Shown one piece after another: positions 25,713 through 39,355 of a stretch of 64,000 bases of DNA; position 1 is the first letter of the stretch, and every line of letters starts with the position of its first letter. The stretch is from contig OX597815.1 of NCBI GenBank assembly GCA_951406725.2, positions 72,974,001 to 73,038,000 on the forward strand. The letters are read 5' to 3'. The notes below the pieces were generated by a model that saw only the letters and a list, made by a program, of their open reading frames with translations, did not search any database and was not told the origin of the DNA. A program made the position numbers and the translations under genes. This stretch comes from Octopus vulgaris. Taxonomy: Eukaryota.

Positions 25713-26779
25713 ATTGGTGGTGGTGGTGTGTGTGTCTGTGTGTGCGTGGGTATGTGTGTGTGTGTGTGTGTATGTGTGTGTGTGTGTGTGTGTGTATGCG
25801 TGCGTTTATTATGTATGAATGCATTGAAATAGATAAAGTATTCTTGAATGTATGTCTGAATATGAGATAGTCATTGTTCCAATTCAGGGTTTAAAATGTA
25901 AGTCTGATACACAGACATATGCACACCAACTTCTAATGCGAACGGGGTGCCCTATCTATGAAAAACTTTGAGAGCTTAAAGGAGATTTTACTGTTATTTC
26001 TAGCATGTCGAGTGACTACATTGAGCTATTTTAAATATCTTCTGCTCAGTGTTTCTCATAGGAAGGACGCATCCCCACTAGCCTTAAGTGGATCTGTAGA
26101 GCATGAAAAAAATGGAGCGATATAAGGAGGGATGATTTTAGAATATTGGAATTCTGGAAAAAAATTATTTCCCAGAGATATGGGTGTTATTTCTAATGTA
26201 TGACTAACCATATAGTTACCTCCCTCACTTTATACGCTGCTTGGAAAAGTATCAACGCTTGCACAAATGATCGGACGAATTTAAAAGCAGCCGGAATTTT
26301 GGTGTGGGTGTCCAGCGGAGTGAAGGAAGAAAAGTAATTTTTAAAAACTTGAATTTTAGAAGTATTTGGTTTTAAGAATCATATAATCTCCGAGATTTTC
26401 AGAAAAAAGTCAAAAGAAAAAAAATGGTTGGTGTGGATGAAATTATGAAATGCTTTTTTTCCCCCCGAAATTGGAATCTCCGTTGTCAAAAATGTCAGAA
26501 TCCGAAGAAAAAGTAGAAACTGAGAGAGGATGGAGGCTGTATTCGGCACCTTTGCCACTATTTTTTTCCTGCAGTTCATATGCACTTTCAAGCACAGCAC
26601 CTCGTCTAAACCATCGGACGTCACAGAAGAGAAGGAGAGAAAAGAAACAAATCTGTGACTTGATTGTCTGGATCCAACAAAAGTTATTGAAAATGGCGGT
26701 GGTTTAATCCTCGAGTCAAAATTACGCTTACTGTTTTATCGCTACATTCATCGCGTCCTTCAAATTTGATACCTTAGTA

Positions 26780-27750
26780 TATAATGTTTCATCGTGGATT
26801 ATGCATTACACTTTTATGACATTGTATTCAATTGCGAGGCTTTCCATGTATCCTTGAAGTAGAACCACAGCGCCTTTATGTTGTTCAAATACTGCTGTGG
26901 CGATCCATTCGTTGTTACAGATACTAGCTTTGATACGTCCAGATTCATGTCTGTAGTACACTAGAGTAATGTTTTAAGAATGTCTATGTCTTTGATAGTA
27001 TCTTTGTTACGTACCAGCTGAATAAACAACTCAGCAATGTGAAAAGGTTGCCTTTATTGCACGTACAAACACTTCATGCTGAGCTGTATCTGGGCTATCT
27101 GTACTTTCATCAAGTGCGACAGAGAAGAAAAAGAAATCTTAGAATAGTTTTTTAAACGAATTTTATTCATATCTTCTAGCATTTCTTCTATTCGTCGTAT
27201 AAACTATTCGGTGCTACATTGTCGTATGATCTACAACTTCAAGGACGATTACTTTAAGTTAGTTTTTAGTTTCTTTACGTTGCAAAATTCTCGGCGGCAA
27301 AACTGTGATCTACGCGCTTATTTTAATTATTATATTGTTTATTCTTGGTTTCTTATTATTATTTACTGAGACATAGATGAAATATGGTTTTACTATTATT
27401 AAAATAGTAAGAATTTTGAAAAAAATACATTTACAATGCTAAGTATATACAAAAGAATTTATTGTAAAAATTCTGTAACCAGCATGTTAAGGGTTTTTAG
27501 AAATTGAAAAGTAAACTAGAAAGTAACCTAAAGTAATCGCCCTTTAAGTTGTAGATCACACGCCAAAGTAGCACTAACTGTTCTTGCTGAGAAGCTAACG
27601 TTAAGTTATCTTTTTCTCGGGACACACAATGCTCACACCGACTATCAAACAGTTCTTTAAGATGTTTGCTTATATCAACTTCGGTACTGCGTAAAGGGAA
27701 AGTGTTTGGGATTTTTTTTCTGATTCTGTCTCGTATTTTAGAATATCGAA
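26780..27750 (-). mobile_element. Decayed hAT transposase (Charlie/SPIN/GTF2IRD2-like)
   Basis: KNCLIVGVSIVCPEKK, RRIEEML, FSVALDESTDSPDTAQ, LDVSKLVSVTTNGSP, CIIHDETL motifs; stops and frameshifts. Confidence 0.85.
27223..27562. mobile_element. MITE with ~50-bp imperfect TIRs inserted in the hAT fossil
   Basis: gatctacaacttcaaggacgattactttaagtta ... taacctaaagtaatcgccctttaagttgtagatc are near reverse complements. Confidence 0.75.
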
Positions 27751-27754
27751 ATAT

Positions 27755-28114
<360 letters not shown>

Positions 28115-29004
28115 TTTTATACTGAGTAAATATTTGCGAAGTTATTGACTCTATTATTATCTAGTGTAACAATTAAAAATGATAATAACAGAATCAATAA
28201 TACAGACGATTGCAGGCCCCAAAAAGCATTAAATAGCTGAAGGATTAAAATTAATAAAAGGACATACTAAGTATGACTACCCGCTGGAAATAACAGTCAA
28301 AACTCTTTTACGCAGAAACTCTTTTACTGGAAAATTGCAATAACAAAGCTTCCTTTATCGCCAGTTGTGTTCTTTATGATGCACACCATTTGAGATTATT
28401 CTAGAATGTTCTTTAAGCCGATAGAATATTGAAAGAAGTTTATTTTATGAGTCAATCACGTGCAATATCAAATGCGTTAACGATATATTTCATAGAGTTC
28501 ATTATATATCCTCGGATCGTCCACGTTAAAAGCAATACATTGTATGTTTTCGAAAATAATATACAATTGATGAAATGTTAATTGTTGATTGATGATGTAA
28601 ACATCCATTCTTAATACGTTCCGGTTGACTTCAGCTGAATATTCTAGTCGCTGTTATATTTCGCCTTTGGAGAACACCTCTTTTGAGACGATGTGGGGTT
28701 GAGAATACTCTCGATTTATTGACGTAAGAGGTGTTTGAGGTAGTGGTGTTTCGACCTGGTTGTATCTCTTCAGTGATAACTACCCACTGGATCTAAAAAA
28801 AAAAAGAGTTATGGCTTTGTTCAGTACGGACGTTTCACCATTGTGTTATTCGTACCAGTTGCAATCATACATTTAACCACACACACAAGAAATCCTATAC
28901 ATAAATACATATATACGCACGCACATGCATACATGCATACATGCAAACATGCATACATGCATACATATGTACGTACATACATACATAAATACATACATAC
29001 GTAC

Positions 29005-30935
29005 AGGATTGTCGACCAAACAGGGAATATATGCATCACTAACTTGTCTGTCTCATATTCTTAATTATGAAAACTCGGATTCGACGATAATGTCGCACAC
29101 GTTGGGTTTACGACTAAAGCCAGAATAACAAAAGAGTACTTTTGCAGGCTTCGGAAAACAATGACCTGAGAGCGATTTGCATTTAACAAAACCATATGTG
29201 ACAATGCTTTTACGGTGCTTGGGATATTGGACTGGACACTCGACAGGATCCGCAGTCTGGACAAAAAATATGAAAGATACTGACCATCTCTGGCAACTTC
29301 CACATCAACAGCAACAACGATAGGTTCTATGTGAAACAAGGAGATGGCGGCAGAGGTATAAGGCCAGTACAAACAGTTTTGAATGTTGCATTGTATCACT
29401 AAGACAACATCTGTTGAACAGCAAAGAAAGAAATGAGTACATTCTGTGCATACTCAAAAGTGAGAGCAACATCTTTAGAGTAGCGGAAGAACTACTAAGC
29501 TGGTACTCATAGAATACAACTGTCTCACATAACCCCAAGGAGGCTGGACTGGCCTTCCTAAACAAAAGCTTGGAGGAGAAGCACGCATCGCACCAGGAAA
29601 AAGCAAGGTATGTCTACATATCCCGTAGGTTAGAAGATAACAACAGCGTCGACGGGAAGAGTAGCTTCTCCTGGACTTGTAATAGATGCATTACATCCTA
29701 TCTCGAAGGATATGCCTTCACTATCCAGGAACAAGACTTAGCTACGAAATACCTGATAAATAAGAGAAACACGATACCACCAAACCTCCACTTTGTGATT
29801 GCAATTGTCGGTTATGCTATACCAGTGTGGAGGCGCAATGGCTCAGTGGTTAGGGCAGCGGACTCGCGGTCGTAGGATCGCGGTTTCGATTCCCAGACCG
29901 GGCGTTGTGAGTGTTTATTGAGCGAAAACATCTAAAGCTCCACGACGCTCCGGCAGGGATAGTGGTGATCCCTGCTGTACTCTTTCACCACAACTTTCTC
30001 TCACTCTTACTTCCTGTTTCTGTTGTACCTGTATTTCAAAGGGCCGGCCTTGTCACTCTCTGTGTCATGCTGAATATCCCCGAGAACCACGTTAAGGGTA
30101 CACGTGTCTGTGGAGTGCTCAGCCACTTACACGTTAATTTCACGAGCAGGCTGTTCCGTTGATTGGATCAACCGGAACCCTCATCGTCGTAACCGACGGA
30201 GTGCTTCCAAAACCAGTGTGGAATATATCACCCACATCATCATTAGCTGCCTAAATAAGTCTACAAAGTGCTATCTGCCTCTGAGCCATGATATAGTTGC
30301 ATAGACAATGCTATCCGCAAGAAGGACTGCCCTGACGTATACATCAAAGGCATGTCAGAAGCAGCAGGTATTCACACCTTTAAAAACAAAGTATACTGAT
30401 AGAACACTCTAATAATAAAAACAGTAATTCTGTACAAACATAACATAACTGATATTGTTTTTTGGGATAGGGAACAAAAGTTATTCGCTGCAGTAGAATT
30501 CAGCTGCCCAGCAGATGTGAATGTACAATCAAGAGTCCAGGAAAAAGAGAACATTTATTGTGAGTCAATGCGTAACCTACAGCTCTTGTACTCTGCCTAT
30601 CAATTTTTATTAAGACCTGTCATCATAACCTTAGGTTATGTACCTGCAAATTTACACAAAAACCTTGATATACAAACCTTTTCAAAGAAAGAGCAAAAGA
30701 AGCAGACGCGCATTCTCCAAATCCAGTCTATTAGTGGCACAGTGAAGATCTGCAAGACATTGCAACAATTCTTCACCTGAGATTCTTTAGATGGCTAGAT
30801 GCACACTCTTGGATAACTGCATCGGCGGTTCAACCAACACACCAACGCAACCACATATTTACAAACACCGAGAACTCTTTAGCTCAAAAACTCTTGTCGC
30901 TTTGTTAGTGACCAGCTTGAACTTCCTTAAGAACT
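29005..30935 (+). mobile_element. Decayed RLE-type non-LTR retrotransposon (R4/Dong-like), 3' part, interrupted by SINE B
   Basis: SYLEGYAFTIQEQDLATKY, CRLCYTSV|EYITHIIISC (CCHC), VEFSCPADVN, PVIITLGYVP, QSISGTVKICKTLQQF. Confidence 0.85.
29826..30211 (+). mobile_element. Full-length SINE family B with TSD
   Basis: TSD accagtgtgga at 29821-29831 and 30212-30222. Confidence 0.95.
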
Positions 30936-30978
30936 CAAAGAAAAGTGTGTATGTGCGTGCGCGCACGCGTGTGTGTAA

Positions 30979-31432
<454 letters not shown>

Positions 31433-32129
31433 TCTCGAAATTTATTATCTGATGGATCGCTGTTTTTCTTTTTTTTTTAGGAGAGAAAGAGATTTAACTG
31501 TTATTTCTAGCAGATCGAACGAATAACCGCAACCATTCAGCTGCCACAGAATCTCTTAGATCTCCCTTTTATATCTATTATATTTATTTATCTTGCTGTG
31601 TTATTGATATTTTCTTCTTCGCCATGTTGTGTTGTGTGTTTCGTATCACTGTTTTAATATCAGAGCCTCTTTGTGTTAGCTAAGCTACGCCATCTCCGAT
31701 AACCAATAACAGCTAAGATATATATATATATATATCGAAGGCCTTTCGATTATCAATCCGTGCAAAGCTTACGTTTCGGTAAAAGGTCGATTAATAAGTT
31801 TATTTTACTTTTTTCTTTTCTTTTCTTGAAACCAAAATGTATGTTGATTCTCATTCTGTTTCATTGAATACTATTGCTACTGGTTCCTTTGTAACAGTTA
31901 GACATTTTAACCAAAAGTTTGTGGTGACTTTATCGATTCGAGAGTCTTTTTGTGGCTATCAGTCTCGATTGTATTTGTAAACTTTCTACTACTTAAGCTA
32001 GGATATTTCTATAGTATGATAGCATTTTTTTAAAACTTCTTTCTCGTTTTACTGTCTATTGTACATCTTTCTTGTGTTGTATAACATAACTTAGGACCAT
32101 TTTCTGTTCCAATATCTTTTATCACTTAT

Positions 32130-32346
32130 CTTTATCTTTTATCTTTTTACTTGCTTCAGTCAGTGGACTGCGGCCATGCTGGGGCAGTGCTTTGAAGAAT
32201 TTAGTCGAACAAATCGGCGCCAGTACATATTTTTAAATTCTGGTACTCATTGTATAGAATGTCCTTTACCGAACTGTTAAGTGGCGGGGATGCACAATCT
32301 AACACCAGATTGTCAAGCAGTGACGGGAACAAACAGAAAGGCATGC

Positions 32347-32432
<86 letters not shown>

Positions 32433-32595
32433 ACTCACAAACGTGGCCGTATTGTAAGAAGCTTGCTTCCCGACCACATGGTTCCGGGTTCAGTCCCACT
32501 GCGTGGCACCTTCAGCAAATGTCTTCAACTATAATCTCGACCGACCAAAGCCTTGTGAGTGGATCTGGTAGACGGAAACTGAAAGAAGCCCGTCG

Positions 32596-32660
<65 letters not shown>

Positions 32661-33105
32661 GTGTGTTTGTGTGTGTTGTGTGTGTGTGTGTATGCGTGTA
32701 TATGTATATAAGTTTATGTGTGTGTGTCTTTGTGTTTGTACCCCCACCGTCGCTTGACAACCGATGTTGGTGTGTTTATGTCCCCGTAAATTAGCAGTTC
32801 GCAAAAAAGACTGATAGAACAAATTCTAGGCTTACAAAGAATAAGTCCTGGGACCGATTTCTTCGACTAAAACTCTCTAAGGTGGTGCTCCAGGATGGCC
32901 GCAGTCAAGTGACTGAAACAAATAAAAGAAAGAATATGTAGACGACGGGCTTCCAGACAGGTTCCGTTTGCCAAATTCACTTCGAAAGCATTGGTCGACC
33001 CCGGGGCTATAGTAAAAAACACTTGCGCAAGATAACACACAGTGGGACTGAACCAGGAACAACGTGGTTACAAGGCGAGCTTCTTAACCATGCAGCCACG
33101 GCTTA
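32130..33105. mobile_element. Cluster of SINE family C copies in -/+/- orientation
   Basis: Minus 3' part ~32130-32345, plus copy ~32440-32935, minus head ~32940-33105. Confidence 0.85.
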
Positions 33106-33126
33106 CACTTTCTTATACCACGCATA

Positions 33127-33435
33127 GTGGAGGCGCAATGGCCCAGTGGTTAGGGCAGCGGACTCGCGGTTTCGATTCCCAGACCGGGAGTTGTGTGTGT
33201 TTATTGAGCGAAAACACCTAAGGCTCTACGAGGATCCGGCAGGGGGTGGTGATGACCCCTGTTGTACTCTTTCGCCACAACTTTCTCTCACTCTTTCTTC
33301 CTGTTTCCTGAGTAACGCTGCGATGGACTAGCATCCCGTCCAGCTGGGGGGAACACATACGCCATAGAAATCGGGAAACCGGGCCCATGAGCCTGGCTAG
33401 GCTTGAAAAAGGCGCATAAATAAAAATAAAAATAA
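33127..33435 (+). mobile_element. SINE family B variant with alternative 3' tail
   Basis: Same head as 29826 but ends gagcctggctaggcttgaaaaaggcgcataaataaaaat. Confidence 0.88.
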
Positions 33436-33608
33436 TAAATACCCGGCATAACATAACTTACCACCAATTTCTCCCCCAATATGTATAAATTATGTCTTAC
33501 TGCTTGTGTGTCTTCCTCCGTTATACAGTTCGTTTTTTTTTTTGGTTTCTTTTTATAGATTATAGCTGTCTCGGAAGAATTTTTTATTATTATTATTATT
33601 ATTATCAA

Positions 33609-33687
<79 letters not shown>

Positions 33688-33881
33688 TTCAAATATTCAG
33701 TTTTGTAGGAAGTTACGCTCATGATTTTCGATTTCTCTTATCCCAGCATGTCTTTGACCAAAGCAGTTTTGACTCTTTTCTCTCGATAATTCATCTTCCT
33801 TTCACTTTTTTCGTATTATACTTTTGAAGCGATAATATTATTTACATGCGACGGATATTTGTCCTCATCTTGTTTGTTGTT

Positions 33882-33927
33882 GACACAACGTTTCGGTTGA
33901 TATACCCTCCGGCCTTCATCAGGTGTC
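33882..33927 (-). ncRNA. Minimal type-I hammerhead ribozyme motif with intact core
   Basis: GACAC-CUGAUGA-A-GGCCG(GAGGGUAUAU)CAACC-GAAA-CG-UU-GUGUC; stem I perfect, stem II has two C-A mismatches. Confidence 0.75.
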
Positions 33928-33981
33928 TTAAAGGAAATTTCAAACCTGGGTTCTCATTCCTAAGGTATTTTTCGATGTTGA

Positions 33982-34035
<54 letters not shown>

Positions 34036-34862
34036 GGGTTTTTCTTCTTCTTTCAAATTTGCTTCCATTTCTTGCCGAGTGTCTTCCCGACTCCTAGGGC
34101 AAAGAAACTCATTGGTAGGCCATTTTTTTTTATAGAAATAAAGTTAAATTAAAATACATGGGTAGTAATAGTTCTCACATCGACAATGCTCTTCTCAATA
34201 CGTGTAATGTACCAGTTAAGACAATCTTTTGCACTTCTTGCAGGGATGGTAAGCCATAGATCATTCTCATATAATTTTCGGTTCCCTTCTTGATCATTCC
34301 TAGTGCTCCTACGATCACTGGTATTGTAACCGCCTTGAGATGCCACATTTTCTCAATTTCAATGTCTTTATATTTTCTGAGCTTATCAAATTCTTTCGCC
34401 GAGATATTATGATTACAGGGGATGCTCATGTCGATCAATAAGCAAGCTTTATTGTTTTGGTCTTTCACAACAATATCCGGTTTATTGGCTTTGATGGTTC
34501 GGTCTGTATATACTGGAGAGTCCCACAGAATCGTTACATTTTCTCCTTCAGTTACAGCTTCAGGGTGGTGATTATACCACTTGTCGGCAGTTTTGATATT
34601 GTAATGCCGACTTATTAGCCAGTGTAGATATTGGCCAACTCTGTCATGTCTTAATTTATACTCCACTGGGGCTAAGACTTTACATCCAGAGATTAGGTGG
34701 TCCACTGTTTCAATCATGTCGTTGCAGAATCGGCATTTTGGGTCTGCTCCATTTTTCATTACATTGGCCTGGTAGTTCCGGGTTAATAGGCTTTGATCTT
34801 GAGCAGCCAGGATGAAACCTTCGCTCTCTGCTTTTAGCCCTGAGCTCCGTAGCCACTGATGA

Positions 34863-34863
<1 letters not shown>
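34036..34863 (-). mobile_element. 5'-truncated R4/Dong-like retrotransposon (CCHC zinc knuckle plus RLE domain) in (TAA)n
   Basis: Open frame to 34175: AAQDQ, CRFCNDMIETVDHLISGC, RHDRV, KPDIVV, LIDMSIP, KLRKY; (TAA)n on both sides. Confidence 0.92.
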
Positions 34864-34948
<85 letters not shown>

Positions 34949-35129
34949 CATTATTATCATCATCATCATTATTATTATTATCATTATTATTATTATCATT
35001 ATTATTATTATTATTATCATTATTATTCAGGTCACTGCCTGGAATCGAACTCGGAATCTTGGGGTTAGTAGTCCGCGCTCTTAACCACTACGCCATATGC
35101 CCGTGGGCATATTATTGATTTCGAATTAT

Positions 35130-36180
35130 TGATTTCAAATTTTGGTACAAGTTCAGCTATTTCAGGGGGAGTGGTGGGTGTACATTTGATGGTATTGATC
35201 CTTAATGCTCGACTTGTACTTATTTCATTGACCCCGAAAAGGATGAAAGGCAAAGTTGACCTCGGCGGAATTTGAACTCAGAACATAAAGAGAGATGAAA
35301 TGCTGCTAAGCATTTTGCCCAGCGTGTTAACAGTTCTGCCAGTTCACCGCCTTCAGAATAATCCTCTCTATTATAAGCACAAGGCCTGAAATCTTTTGGA
35401 GAAGGAGGCAAGTCGATTACATCGACCCCAGTGTTTCACTGCTACTTATTTTATCGACCTTCAAAGTACGAAAGGCAAAGTCGACCTCGGCAGAAAAGTA
35501 ACATTATTATTATTATAATTCTCGAGGCGACGAGCTGGCAGAATCGTTAGCACGCTGGACGAAAAGCTTAGCGGCATTTCGTCTGTCTCCAGGTTCTGAG
35601 TTCAAATTCCCCTTTCAGGGTCGGTAAAAAAAGTATCAGAGGAGTATTGGCATCGATGTAATAAACTTACCTTCTTCCACCCAAATTACTGGACTTCTGC
35701 CAAAATGTGAAGCCAATATTATTATTATTATTATTATTATTCTCAAGGAGGGGACTAGCAGAATCCTTAGACCATCGGACAAAATGCTTTGCAGCATTTC
35801 TTCCGGCTTTACGTCCCCAGTTCAAATGCCACTTTGCCTTTCATCCTTTCTTGATCGATAAAATAAGTTGCAGTCGAGCACTGGGGGTCGATGTAATCAA
35901 ATAGCCGCCCCCACAAAAATGTGCAGGCATTGTGCCTATTGTAGAAAGGATTATTCTTAAGGCGGAGAACTGGCAGAATCGTTAATGCGTCGAACAAAAT
36001 GCTAAATGGCATTTGTTTCCTGCTCTTTAGATTTTGAGTTCAAATTCTGCCAATGACAAATTTTCCTTTCATTCTTTCGGCGATGATAAAATAAGTACTA
36101 GTTAAGCACTGAGGAACAATATAATCGACCTGTCCCCTTCCCTCAAAATTACCGCCTTGTGCCTGCATTTGAAGCAATTA
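35130..36180. mobile_element. Cluster of about five SINE family A copies (two minus, three plus)
   Basis: Repeated heads and cores, diverging at ~35500-35525. Confidence 0.88.
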
Positions 36181-36455
36181 TTATTCTTTTATCTCTCACA
36201 TTTTCATTCCCTTATTAACACCACTACTACCCCTTCCCCTTTGTATTGAGTTGTCAGATAAATCCGTTCGTCCTTCACCGTTATTTTAAACCTTTCCAAT
36301 GTTAATTGAGTTAACACAGATTTTTGTAGCTTTGTTCTTCCTCTACAATTTCTGTTTATTGTTTCTGAAATTTGAATAACTTTCACCTCCTTTTCAGACA
36401 TATGACGGTGGAGTGCCAACTAGTAAAGCAAAGGAAAAGAAGAGAAAAAACAAAG

Positions 36456-36524
<69 letters not shown>

Positions 36525-36564
36525 TTTATCTTATTTCTTTACTGCCTACAAGAGGTTACACAGA

Positions 36565-36749
36565 ATGGACAAACGGATTAAGTCGATTACATCGACCCCA
36601 GTGTGTAACTGGTACTTATTTAATCGACCCCGAAAGGATGAAAGGCAAAGTCGACCTCGGCGGAATTTGAACTCAGAAAGTAACGGCAGACGAAATACTG
36701 CTAAGCATTTCGCCCGGCGTGCTAACGATTCTGCTAGCTCGCCGCCTTA
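36565..36749 (-). mobile_element. Young SINE family A copy
   Basis: Near-identical to 61262-61401. Confidence 0.92.
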
Positions 36750-36787
36750 AAACGAACGAATTTATCTGATATCCTAATATTTCCCCA

Positions 36788-37042
36788 CAGTGGTTCTCAA
36801 CCGGGGTCTATATGGCCCTTAGGGGTCCATGTAAGATGTTATTGTTAAAATTGATGTGCAACTAATTGGCTATACTTCTACAATACGCAAAATATTTTCG
36901 TCTTTTTATACAATTCCTAATAATATTTAGTTACAAAAATACACTTGGACTTTTGTTATATACATCGAATTGCTATGGAGACCCAGTAAAGTAAAATCGG
37001 AATCAAAGAAGTCCATAGGTAACAAATGGTTGAGAACCATTG
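36788..37042. mobile_element. hAT-type MITE
   Basis: TIRs cagtggttctcaacc / ggttgagaaccattg; no clear TSD. Confidence 0.75.
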
Positions 37043-37265
37043 CTTTACCGTATATCTCTTCCATATGCTAAGTTTACGCTGTCTAACTTCTGCTTTTCTA
37101 TTATTTCTTACGTAAGTATTAGATGAAGGATATCCTAACAATATTACAGTTAAGTTTGGATTCCTTTGATACAAACGTGGTTGCTCTGTAAATTAGATTA
37201 TTCAAAATACAAATATTCATGGGTGTAGAAATTGTTTCTTTGAATGCTGCTTGTTTATATTTGAC

Positions 37266-37440
<175 letters not shown>

Positions 37441-37613
37441 TATTCATGGAAATTTCTTTATTAGCTTTAGGGGAAACGTCTTCCTTTGTTTCAAGGTGGA
37501 TATTTTCCCTGGGCGTTGGTCATGTCTATTCCGCTTTGTTTCCGTTAAATTTTACTCCAGGTTGTTCATCCTATTGCAGCCATGTATGTTTGTATATGTG
37601 CGTGCGTGTGTGC

Positions 37614-37726
<113 letters not shown>

Positions 37727-37967
37727 ATGTTTTAGCCTCTGTTGTTATGTGTAGGATAGCAAAAAGATTTGTGTGGCACTTGATTGTGTGTTATCACTGC
37801 TGCAACAGCTGTTGTTGCTTTTGTTATTGTTAGGATTATGAATTGATAGAATCTCTAGAGAGTCGGAAAAATACCTTGCTTTATTTTGAAAATATATATT
37901 AGCGACAGAGGCAGTATTAGTATTAATACTACCTCTGTCGCTAATATAGGTAATATTTATCACCACT

Positions 37968-38253
37968 TAAGACGGCAAGCTGGCAGAAACGTTAGCACGC
38001 CGGCGAAATGCTTAGCGGTATTTCGTCTGCCGTTACGTTCTGAGTTCAAACTCCTCCGAGGTCGACTTTGCCTTTCATCCTTTCAGGGTTGATAAAATAA
38101 AGTATGAGTCAAAATATTGAAGGTGGGCTGGGGTGGGGATGGACGCGATGGTGTCCACTAAATCTATCTCCTTGAAATTGCCCGTCTTGTGCCAACGTTT
38201 GAACAATCAACGTTATTATTATTACTACAGCAGCTGTAGTAGTAGTAGTAGTT

Positions 38254-38310
<57 letters not shown>

Positions 38311-39195
38311 TCTGTTGCTGCTGTTTTGCCCCAGATCGTCCTTGATCGACAAAGCGCCGAGCTGGCAGAATTGTTAGCACGCTGGACGAAATGCTTAGCG
38401 GTATCGAAATGCTTAGCGACTTTGCTTTTCATCATTTTCGGGGTCGTTGAAATAAGTACCAGTTGAACACTGGGGTCGATGTAATCGACTCATCTCCACC
38501 TCCCTCGAGCTGCCCTTGTGGCAAAAATTTGAAATAATTTTTAATAGGGCAGTGGACGGGCGAATCGTTTGGACGTCGGGAAAAATGCTCTGCTGTATTT
38601 GATCCTTCGTGTTCTGTGTTGAAATCGCAACGAGGTCAATTTTGCAGTTCATTCTTCCGGAGTCAATAAAATAAAGTACCAGTCAAGCCCTGGGTCGATG
38701 GTATCGAGTTAAGCTCTCATCTCAAGACTATAAGCCTTCTGCATAAATTAGAAACCATTATTGTTGTTGAGTCTTAAATTAGAAACTGTTATTGCTATTT
38801 TTGTTCTTTTTTTTTCGAATCTTTTGGAGGTAGCAGTGGCAGTGGTGGTGGTAGTGGTAGTACTGTTGTTAATGATGGTGGAGGTGGCAGTAGTGGTAGT
38901 AGTAGCAGCAGTGATAATGGTGGGTGGTATGATGATTATAAGGCGGCGAGCTGGCAGAAAAGGCGGCGAGCTGGCAGAATCGTTAGCAAGCCGGGCGAAA
39001 TGCTTAGCGGTATTGTGTCTGCCGTTACGTTGTGAGTTCAAATTCCGCCGAGGTTGACTTTGCCTTTCATCCTCTCGGGGTCGATAAATTAAGTACCAGT
39101 TACGCACTGGGGTCGATATAATCGACTTAATACCTATGTCTGTCCTTGTTTGTCCCCTCTATGTTTAGCCCCTTGTGGATAATAAAGAAATAGGT
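37968..39195 (+). mobile_element. Head-to-tail series of SINE family A copies with microsatellite spacers
   Basis: Copies starting ~37968, 38352, 38547 and 38940; the last has a tandemly duplicated aggcggcgagctggcagaa head. Confidence 0.88.
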
Positions 39196-39224
39196 ATGAT
39201 GATTATGGTGTTGAAGATGGCAGC

Positions 39225-39355
39225 AGCTGAGTGAACTGGAGCAACGTGAAATAAAGTATCTTGCTCAAGAACACAACACAGCTCGGCTTGGGAATCGATC
39301 TCACTACTTCATGATTGTGAGCCCGACGCTCTAACCACTGAGCCATGCACCTTCA
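39225..39355 (-). mobile_element. SINE family D 5' fragment
   Basis: gaaggtgcatggctcagtggttagagcg head. Confidence 0.8.

Larger units (their letters stand above)
33838..35112 (-). mobile_element. tRNA-headed SINE-like element with internal (TAA)n and 3' hammerhead motif, split by a Dong-like insertion
   Basis: Head 35102-35028 with A box TGGCGTAGTGG and B box GAGTTCGATTCC, then (TAA)n, then body 33985-33838 containing CTGATGA..GAAAC. Joining head and body into one element is inferred. Confidence 0.7.

Noticed and set aside
35028-35102. Possible tRNA gene
   Set aside because: Acceptor and anticodon stems pair poorly and there is no oligo-T terminator; interpreted as a SINE head, as are the other A/B-box heads in the window.
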